From NCBI RefSeq assembly GCF_025526975.1, contig NW_026515682.1, positions 186,001 through 250,000 of the forward strand: 64,000 bases of DNA. The letters are read 5' to 3'. The position numbers were made by a program, and so were the translations under genes. Under the pieces are notes generated by a model. It was given only the letters and a program-made list of their open reading frames with translations, did not search any database and was not told the DNA's origin. Below are positions 1 through 9,099 of this stretch, in pieces; within the stretch, counting starts at the first letter, position 1, and every line of letters starts with the position of its first letter. The DNA comes from Fimicolochytrium jonesii (Eukaryota).

Positions 1-2389
1 GCCGCTAGTTGACTCACCAAAGAACTTCTCCAGCTTGGAATTCGACCCTCCAATCTGCTTGGCCTCCCCCGGGAAAAACGAAGATGACTGCTCAACGGCG
101 CTTTTCGGCGCTTGGGTATCTCGGGGCTGGTAATTCGAGTCGGGCAGACTTGCCGACGAGACGGACCGATACACGCCCCCGTTTCCGACCGCGGGGCGAT
201 TGCCGCCCGGAGCCAGAGTCGCAGATCCTTTCGGGGTTACATTGGTGGAGGAGCTGGAGCGGAGCATGATGGGCGTCGACGCTGTCCGGTCCCGCGGCGT
301 GCTTGTCTGGCTCGACGCAGTGCCACCCATCGCGTTGTTTTCCTCAGACCCGTGCAAGAACGTCAGGCTCATCGCTCGACGCTGTAAAATGCTCAACTCG
401 GAATCTCTCCGCCGCTCATCGTCGAACAGTTCCGCCTCTTCTTGCAACGTCCGTTGTTCCAAAAGATCTTTTTGATCAATGACGAGTTTCGTCACCATTA
501 ACAGATCCTCCACGGCTTGCAAAACCAAGGTGGTCGTCTCCAAAAGTGTGCCAAGCGCATTCGGCGGTGCAAATTCGTCCATCGTCGTCCGTGCCGCTGT
601 AACGAGGTCATTGACGGTCGAATACAACACCTCCTTTAGCCTCTTGAACTCTACAATGACCTCCTTCGCCCGCGCGTCCATGTCCTGCAATTCCATCTGC
701 TGCAGCGGTATATCCTCAATCAAACTCAGCAATTGGCCAATCTCGGTGACGGAATCACGAGCCTGCTCGATCAGTTCCTCCGAGATGCGCGAGTCCTGCG
801 TTATGGTGTTGACAAGCGTCGCTATGGAAGTGATGATGGCGTCCGAGTGGGTGTCCAATCTAGAAACGAATTCGATATCGGATAGCTCGGCGCCTCTTTG
901 GTCGAATTCGCTCACGGATAGCGCGACGTTGGATAACGATCCGGGAGAGACGGGGACTAAGTTGCTGGACACATCCTGCGCAATAGTCACAAAATGTCGC
1001 ACGGCAAGCAGGACCTGGCCTGCCTGGTAGCGCATTTTGTTGACAGCGTCCGGCGGTGGCCATAATCCCGAGGCCACTTTCGCCGCCAACATCAATTTCG
1101 ACAGCGAGGACATGATATGGTAGTGGTGATTCCTCAGCTGCCTATTGCTCTGAAACGCCGGTGCGTCTTTCGACGTGAGTCCAGAACTCGCCAACATATC
1201 CCTGATCGCTCGCACGACCTGGTTCGCCAGCCCCACGTATCGCACCCTCGAGTCCGTTTTGGCCGAGTGATTTAGGTCCGAAATTGCGCGTAGGATGTTG
1301 TTGATCAACACTTCCCATGTCGGTTTCACTTTCGGATCCAAAAGAGTTTGCGGACCTGGTATCCAGTTCCCGCCGGACGCTCTCGTTCGGTCGGACAAGG
1401 ACCGGGCGACCAGTGGTGCCTGGTCTTTGAAAGCCGGGAAATCGGTTTTATCAAGAGACTCTGACCGCACCGGTGCCGCCGCTGTCGATGCGAGATCCTT
1501 ACTTGATACCTCTTTCAGCAATGTCGTGGATCGCTTATGTGTAAGGGACTGTAAAGGGAACTCTCCTCGATTAGTGGTGAACGATAATTCCACACATCTG
1601 ACAGCAATACTCACAGCACGCTGAACCTCTTCCAGACTATACGTTGTCTGGTTCGATTGGGTGTTATAATAGTAAACCACGCCCTGCGGCGTCGTCTTCC
1701 TCCCCCAAAACGGCGGTAGCTCCGCCAGATTCCCTGTGGATCCCGACTCGGCATGCGAATCCTCCGATTTCGGCAAGTCCAGCTGTCTAGATTTCATACT
1801 GTCATCTACGAACTCGTCTTCTGGTATCGACGGAACAGATGGCAGTCCATCCGCCGTTGGGGTGGCCGTGTCATCTTCTTCCTCGCCAAGCGCTTTCGCC
1901 TCTTCCATTAATTGCGACAGCGTGGCTTCTAATTGCATCCGAGATGGGTTTGTCCGGCTCAAGCTGGAAGACGTGGTGCTGCCGGGTGAGGCGATGGATG
2001 ACGCGGATGTGGCTGATAATGCGGATGTGGTGGAGGATTGAGATGTTGGTCGTCCGCTTGAGGCGTTTGCTGTTGATGTTTGGGATGATGGGACGGGGGG
2101 TAAAGGTACGGCCGGCATGGGCCGGAGACGGCTTTCTGGTATGACTTGCACATAGTTGGATGGGAACCAGCCTGGAACAAACTGATGTTAGATTCGAACA
2201 TTGCAAAGTGCGTGCGAAATGACAGCGCCACATACCCCGATTTGATCCTAACGTTCCATCCCACCACCCACTTTTGTCTTTGATATGCACAGCAATGGTA
2301 TCACCCTTTCGGAACGAAAGACATGTGGGCTCCGTCGCCTTGTAGTCATGCAAAGCCTGGACGTAGTCCACAACCTCCTCGTCCGCCAT
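1..2389 (-). CDS. SH3- and WW-domain protein, probable CDC25-like Ras GEF; N-terminal part, runs off the window start
   Basis: ATG at 2389: MADEEVVDYVQALHDYKATEPTCLSFRKGDTIAVHIKDKSGWWDG. After an intron (~2173-2234) WFPSNYV completes an SH3 domain. A WW-like LPPFWGRKTTPQGVVYYYNTQSNQTTYS lies at ~1640-1720, then long helical coding sequence. The catalytic GEF domain is not in the window. Confidence 0.7.
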
Positions 2390-3646
2390 CGCGTCGCGGC
2401 TCGTCCTCTGCCCGTCCACACGGGGCTTTCGTCGGGATATGAATTATAATCGTCGTTTCAGGCACAGTTGATGTCTCTGAGCACAGTCAAGTTCTCCAAT
2501 GGTTGCACTGATGACCGTTGGAGAAGGAGAGCTCACAGGGAAACGGTTACCCTCGTGTTTGTGCTATGTCTGTGACCTGCCAAACGGGGCTTGATGTTTT
2601 CCCAGACTCCGACGGCGGGAAACCAAATTCAATATATTCGACGTGGGACAATAACACGATTTCGATGGAGGGCCGAGTTTCGTCCACGGCGATAGCATCC
2701 AGGACTCGAGTTCAGTGGGTTTTCTTCGGAGTCCCTGCTGAGCCCGTTTGGAAGTGGGGCTTGATGATATACACGTATCGATGTGCCGGAAAAGCGCAAG
2801 TTTCACCTATCCGCATACACAGTTTTATTTGCGGGTGCCTTCGCGTAGAACAACAAGCCTGAGTTTATGGCTGTTTGTGTTTGCGGGAGCCTCTCTTGCG
2901 GGGTGGCGCTTCTCGGGAGGTTGGTTGGTTCCTAATAGAACGGGTGTATTAGAACAGGCTGGCGGACCAATGGAGCAAAACAAGAGACCGCGACCGTCGG
3001 ATTGAATCGGGTAACAAACACTTAATAGCATGTTAAGTAGCGTGGGTCCCTGCTTCAAGCCACACCTCTCGCGTGTGGTTGGCGTCCTACACCCATTCCA
3101 AAAACGACAGCACTCCTGCAACGTCTGATGACCGCTGAGGCTTGAACCTTCTGATGAGCACCTTGCTCCATTGGACCGGATATGTGTGGGCAATATAATA
3201 CCGCACGCGAAAGTACGGACTGGATCATTCTAGATGTGAACCACTCACCTGCGCGTCTGGTTGTCGCCGGCTCTCAAAAATACATAGATACCGCCAGTCC
3301 TCCAGCAGACGTCTCCAAGAGAATAAAACCTGTAAGGTGAGATCTGGAGCACACTCGGCCATGAGAACTTCTACATATAAAGAGGACGTTCGCACACAAA
3401 AGAAGTTGCTGGCGGCGGCGAAGACCATGTCATCAAAGCTAGTACTGTCCGACTTCAGCGTATGCTGAGTGGGCTGTAGAGCCTGATCGGCAGCGTCATC
3501 ACGATCAGCAAGGTCTAAGGAATATTGCCTTGATGCGTACAGTAGGTCAAAGCAGATCATCCTCCTCAGCAAGATGTTGTTCGGTGTAATCCAGGTGTAA
3601 TCCGTCACCGTCGTCATGGCCAAGCCCGACATTTTTGTCTCACGTA

Positions 3647-3770
3647 CAGTCAGTTCGCAAAAAGCTGTGCACCCCCCCTCCAAATAAATCAGCGACTGCC
3701 GCAACGCCAAATTCACGTGAGTGACCGAACATTGATTTCATTTAGAGGGGGTGCACAGCTTTTTGCGAAC
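3647..3770. mobile_element. Tc1/mariner-like MITE with damaged right end
   Basis: TA|CAGTCAGTTCGCAAAAAGCTGTGCACCCCC at the left. The inverted copy GGGGGTGCACAGCTTTTTGCGAAC ends at 3770, and the outer ~6 bp plus TA are missing on the right. The TIR start resembles the MITE at 5325-5451. Confidence 0.8.
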
Positions 3771-4144
3771 ACACACGGTCGCCATCTGTTTGCCATTGCC
3801 ATCGGTCACGTCACCTTCGCCGCTAACGACGTGAGTGCAAAACAAAAGGGTACGTACTACCAGAAGAGCACAGCACAAAGTGATTTTGTGCGGATGATGA
3901 GAAGGTTGGATGGGCGACTGGAAGCAACGAGGAGATGGTTGGGCGGTTGGAATGGAAGGTACATATGGATGTATGGAGGAGGCTGGATGACCGGATCCTG
4001 CTCGCTTCAGCTTGCAACGTGGAGGTTGGGCTACCGTGGGCTATGCTTTCTTCGCTTGCAGAGCAGAAAATCCAATGCTTGACGGTGCGGTCGCTTCGCA
4101 CGAAAATGCGGTGAATTTTGGCCATCGCTCCAGATCCAGTCCCT

Positions 4145-4350
4145 GACCGAAGCAAGAAGTGGAATTGTCACTACAATTGGTAAGCGGTGGTTATTGTTTC
4201 CCTTCCTTCGAACATCGCTGACAATGACAACGGACCCTCAGGTATTGTCAGCTTGCATCGTTGCCATTCAGCGAAGCATCCCGCGAGTACAATGTCCATT
4301 TTCTGGTTACAAGCAATCGAATGTCGCCGCTGGAAATGGGTTCTGCAATG
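4145..4350 (+). pseudogene. Spliced fragment of a CACTA/Plavaka-related (DDTSGNxSKKWN-type) transposase
   Basis: Exons 4145-4179 and 4242-4350, joined across intron 4180-4241 (GTAAGC...GCTGAC...CAG), give DRSKKWNCHYNWYCQLASLPFSEASREYNVHFLVTSNRMSPLEMGSAM. This matches the recalled motif SKKWNxH...LAxLP...EYNxHFLxTSN...LE. Confidence 0.6.
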
Positions 4351-4375
4351 GTAAGCACACAGTGGATGCCGCCTT

Positions 4376-5610
4376 GTGATTACCTCAGTTCTACTTCGAC
4401 CCAAAGCTAACGAGTCTCTCAAGAAGCACTTTGTCACCTGCAACCCCTCGCGCATGCCCAAACGCCTTCGTCACTTGAAGAACACGCCATGTTCGGTGCG
4501 GGAGGCCGTGATGCAAGAGCTTGCAAAGGCGTATGAGGTGCAATTTAAGCGGCACAGAGAGACGGGTCAATTCACAACACTGGCCTTTCGCGTCAAGAGT
4601 CCGAGGTGGGCGATCACCATTCCGCCCGCAAATTGGAGCGGCAAGCAAGGCATGCGCTGGCAGTGTTACACCACCCTCCTGCCCGGGCAAGGAAAGTTGC
4701 GCTTCCGCAAGCGCGACAAGCGACGTGTGCTTGACCGATGCCCGAACGGCCCGGAGGGCGAGGTCAAGGTCGTTCACAACAGCGGCACAGGCAAGTGGTT
4801 CATGCATGTGCCAAACTACAAGCCGGTGAGGAACTTGGACCGGGAAGCACGAGGCCACTTGGTTGCCCTCGACCCAGGTCAAACCCCTTCATCAACTACT
4901 ATTCGCCTACCCGCATGGAGTCCGGCTCCTTTGGCACACCACACGACCCGATCCGGCTGCGCGAGTATCACCAGGGCATCGACCACATCAGCTCTGTCAT
5001 GGACTCCGACTACCACTCTCCCGCCGAGACGAGGGCCCTTCGCCGCCGCCGATTTCTCATTCACGAGCGCATCCAGAACCGCGTGCGCGAATGCCATCTC
5101 CGGGTGGCCGGTTGGCTGACGCGAAACTTTCAGTTCGTACACACCTCGCCGTTTGAGACGGAGGAGATGATGCGCCGAGTGGGAGAGAACGGCCGCAAAC
5201 GCCGCATCGGTCGTAAGACGGCACGAGAGTTGCTCATGTGGCGACATGCGCCCTTCCGCCGCGCGCTGCAAATGCGCCAAGAGGAGTTGCGGGGGACGTT
5301 GGTTGAGATCGCCGGCGAAGAGTACAGTCAGGTAGCAAAAAGCTGTCTCTCCTGGAGATTAAGTCAGTGCCGCCGACGCGTCTCTCCGCCCTGTGGTGGA
5401 ACGGTCATTAACTTCAATTAGAAGGAGAGACAGCTTTTTGCTACCTGACTGTAGACGACGTTGACCTGCGACCGATGCGGCCTCATTCAAGCCCGCGTGG
5501 ATGGGAAGTTGTTCAGATGCACGACGTGCGGCCACCGAGTGCATAGGGATGTTCCTGGGGCTCGCAACCACGCACTCAAGAACTGTGTTGACAAATACGT
5601 TTGGCTTTAA
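4376..5610 (+). pseudogene. Fanzor2 (IS607-TnpB-like RNA-guided RuvC nuclease); N-truncated, frameshifted and MITE-interrupted
   Basis: Motifs in order: LKNTPCSVREAVMQELAKAY; RuvC-I VALDPG(Q/N)PFINYYSP with a frameshift at ~4880; RIQNRVRECHLRVAGWLTRNF..SPFETEEM; KTARELLMWRHAPFRRAL; VEIAGEE. After removing the MITE: TTLTCDRCG...FRCTTCG..HRDVPGARN, with stop at 5608-5610. Confidence 0.9.
5325..5451. mobile_element. 127-bp MITE with perfect 29-bp TIRs and TA target duplication, inserted in the Fanzor gene
   Basis: CAGTCAGGTAGCAAAAAGCTGTCTCTCCT (5325-5353) and AGGAGAGACAGCTTTTTGCTACCTGACTG (5423-5451). TA at 5323-5324 and at 5452-5453. Confidence 0.95.
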
Positions 5611-5760
5611 GTGTAGATTGCGCCCACTTTCCCCTCCCACACACATGTATATGTACAGTACGTGATGAATGTTCGCTTTCCTGTTCATGCCAACACCCTA
5701 CTCCCATTGCAAAGAGCAGACCCTCACCGGCCAGCTCTCACTCCGTCCTATTTGTTTCCT

Positions 5761-5915
5761 AGACATGACATTACCGTAAGTGCCCCTTGCGCTTGCGGAT
5801 CGATGTCGTTGCCTTACGAGCACGGTCGCTGTCTGATGAAAGCTCCCGAAGCGGCGTTCGGAGATTTCGCCGGTTACCAAGGACGTCACCACCCAGACGC
5901 CAAGTCGGAGCTTGA
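5761..5915 (+). ncRNA. Candidate Fanzor omega-RNA scaffold
   Basis: A 10-bp stem 5774-5783/5789-5798 with two G-U pairs, extended by 5766-5771/5803-5808. A second hairpin at 5837-5869, and an alternative stem AAGCTCC 5840-5846/GGAGCTT 5907-5913. It lies 150 nt downstream of the Fanzor stop. Confidence 0.4.
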
Positions 5916-6366
5916 AAAAGTTGAAAGCCGAAAGCCTAATATGCTCCGCGAAAACGGGTTTTCGAAGAGGCAAATTGTGTGGTTGAATGGTGTGTTGGAG
6001 TCGCACCCATGCGGGCGACAGTGTCTGACATGTGCAACGGAATCCAGCTCGCGTACCCAGCTTGCGCACCCAGCGGGGATCGTGCCTCGCACTCCGCCCG
6101 CACCCTGCTTGTTCTTGTTCGGGACCGGCCGGGTTGCGCCCCCCTTCGAGATTCGAACCGCGGGTATAGCAGGAGAAGCTGGTTGAGGACGCGCTCAGCC
6201 ATCAACATCGATGGGCGCGATAGCTCGTATCCCTTGTCCAAACATTTCCGTGCCTCACAACGGTTTTGCGCTTTTATTACCGACACAGCCTGCCCCTTCC
6301 TTCATCCTCCCTCAGCACATTGCAAACCTGCACAACATCTCTCCATCTTCCCCCCGAATTGCAACA

Positions 6367-8078
6367 ATGTATCTTCGTGTGGTTCCTGGTGCTTTCTCGG
6401 TAAGGCACACATCGTTAGCAGGAGATGGGCCCCATCGCCTGGTCCATAGGTGGGGGAAACTCGCTCATCAGCAAATTCTTTTCATCTCAACAGCTCCTTA
6501 CCCGCCGCTCTGCGACGACCGGAGTCAATGCCATTCGCTCCTACTCTACCGCTAAGAGCCAGGTATGTCCAGCAGACCTTCTGCAGGATGGAAGTCTTCA
6601 GATCCATCGTACTCACCCACCTCCATTTTCCCACCACAGACTCTTAAGGAGCGTCTGAGTGAGCTCATCCCCCAAAAGCAGGCCGAGGTCAAGGAGTTCC
6701 GATCCAAGCATGGCAGCAAGGTTCTCGGAGAGACCACCGTTGACATGGTTAGTACTTGGACGTTGAAGAGATCGTGGAGTCGGGATCGTGCGTCTCATTT
6801 GAATATCTCACTATCAGATGTACGGAGGCATGCGCGGTATTAAGGGTCTCGTCTGGGAAGGTTCCGTCTTGGACGCTGACGAGGGTATCCGTTTCCGTGG
6901 CTACACCATTCCCGAGTGCCAGAAGCTTCTCCCCGCTGCCGAGGGAGGTGAGGAGCCTCTCCCTGAGGCCCTCTTCTGGTTGTTGGTGACCGGAGAAGTC
7001 CCCACCGCTGAGCAGGTCAAGCAGCTCTCCGCCGACTGGGCTGCCCGCTCTGCGATTCCATCATACGTTGAGGACCTCCTCGACCGTTGCCCCAACACCC
7101 TCCACCCCATGTCCCAGTTCGCTCTCGCCGTCACTGCCCTTCAACACGAGTCTAGCTTCGCCAAGGCTTACCAGAGCGGAGTTCCCAAGACCCAATACTG
7201 GGACTATACTTTCGAGGATGCTAACGACTTGATCGCCAAGCTTCCCAACGTCGCTGCCCGTATCTACCGTAACGTCTTCAAGGATGGCAAGGTCCCCGAA
7301 ATCGACCGCAACCTCGACTGGGGAGCCAACTTCGCTCACCTTCTCGGCTACAAGGACCCCAAGTTCGTTGAACTGATGCGTCTGTACCTCACCATCCACT
7401 CCGACCACGAGGGAGGAAACGTCTCCGCCCACGCTACCCACTTGGTCGGATCTGCCCTCTCTGACCCATACCTGTCTTTCGCTGCCGGTATGGCCGGTTT
7501 GGCCGGTCCCCTGCACGGTCTTGCCAACCAGGAAGTCCTCCGATGGACCCTGAAGATGCGCGACCAGGTTGGCCAGGGCGCAACTGACGAGCAGATCAAA
7601 GAATTCCTCTGGAAGACGTTGAAGAGCGGTCAGGTCGTCCCCGGTTACGGACACGCTGTGCTCAGGAAGACCGACCCCCGTTACACTTGCCAACGGGAGT
7701 TTGCTCTCAAGCACCTGCCCGATGACCCTCTCTTCAAGCTTGTTGGTCAGGTTTACAACATTGCCCCCGGAGTTCTCACCGAGCACGGCAAGACCAAGAA
7801 CCCATGGCCCAACGTTGACGCCCACTCTGGCGTTCTTCTGCAGCACTTCGGCTTCGTCGAGCAGGACTTCTACACGGTTCTGTTCGGTGTCTCCCGTGCT
7901 CTTGGTGTGATGAACGGTCTCATCTGGGACCGTGCCCTCGGACTCCCCATCGAGAGGTAAGGTCTTTTCGAATTTCCAATCTTCATGTTTCATTAGATAC
8001 TCACAACTGTTTCCCTCAATTTCCAGGCCAAAGTCCTTCAGCACCGCGCACCTCCAGAAGATGTTCGCCAACAAGTAA
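6367..8078 (+). CDS. CIT1: Mitochondrial citrate synthase (5 exons)
   Basis: [39 protein letters not shown] and [11 protein letters not shown] motifs. Basic presequence in exons 1-2, and the last exon ends [16 protein letters not shown]. Confidence 0.97.
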
Positions 8079-9099
8079 GCTATCGAGCTCTCTTGAGTAG
8101 GACCTTCTGTTTATTCCCCCCATCCGACCCGTTTGTGGCATCAGCATACCATACACTGCTCCTAGAGTAAAACTCATTTTGTGCCATCCCTCATCTTCTT
8201 TATCGAGTATATAATATTCCCGTTGACCTGACTCATGCATGCTGTGATACAACCTGTGAACTTATGACCCGCATCAAGAGCTTGGCGCCGGGAAGGTGCT
8301 CTACGTTGCGACTAGCACATCCCCCGTGAGGCTTTCTCCAGGTCGGTCGATTGCTGTTCGTCTGCTGACTTCTGACCGCAGGGAGGCCCTCCTTGCACAT
8401 GAGTTTCCGGGATGCTTTTTTTGATTACATATGCCATTCCTTTATGGCTTTCGGTGAACGTCATTGGATGAGGAGATATACGGTGTATCTTTTGAGAACG
8501 ATCTCACATACTGTACATGCGCCGAATCTCTCTGCGACACGTAGTGGCCTCACGGACAGCTCATGCTGTCGGCCATACGAGTCTGAGGCGAAAACGAGGC
8601 TTGCGCCTCTTGTACTGTACCTTATTCAGGGCCCCTTAGTCAGCAGCGAATGTAAAATGCGACACCGTGACATCTAAATTGACAGGCGTCTGCTCGGAGT
8701 TACTCATATTTGGTGCCACTGGATAAACTGTCATTTCGAAGCACCAGGCGGTCAGGCAGAGATAGTAAGCTCAGACAACGGTAGTTTCAGTTTGAGAATA
8801 CTTTTCTTTCCACGCCACCATCCTGTGAAGCCAAATTAGCTGCTTCCGTTTTGGTCACCGGCTTTACGAAGGACAATTCTAGAGACTGATAGCTCAACGG
8901 AGGTTGCCACTCGCATAGATGGGGAAGAAGAAAGAGGTTCCTCGTGAGTAAGAGGTGAATGGAAGCTTATGAACAGCACAGGCTAATGCACAGAATCCTG
9001 TTATACAAAAGCGAGCGAAGCTCCCCAAGCAGCACCTCCAGGTTAACCTACTTTTCAAAACATATTCGCACCTGAAGATTGGAAAACTAACACCTCTGC

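Noticed and set aside
2820..3640. Minus-strand ORF fragments upstream of the first MITE
   Set aside because: No recognisable domain or consistent exon chain.
4861..4890. Programmed -1 frameshift in the Fanzor
   Set aside because: There is no canonical slippery heptamer, and the gene has other inactivating lesions.
5833..5917. Hammerhead-like core CTGATGA-stem-GAAA
   Set aside because: Stem II forms, but no consistent stems I and III with a UH cleavage site could be built.
3774..6023. CACGGTCGCC / GGCGACAGTG as CACTA-like TIRs enclosing the transposase and Fanzor
   Set aside because: Only a 9/10 match with no target-site duplication, which is compatible with chance.
6140..6170. GGTTCGAATC B-box on the minus strand, suggesting a tRNA
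   Set aside because: The T-stem does not pair and there is no cloverleaf.
7061..8074. Long antisense ORFs (also 479-1030, 48772-49584, 60445-61215)
   Set aside because: They are shadows of codon-biased genes on the opposite strand.
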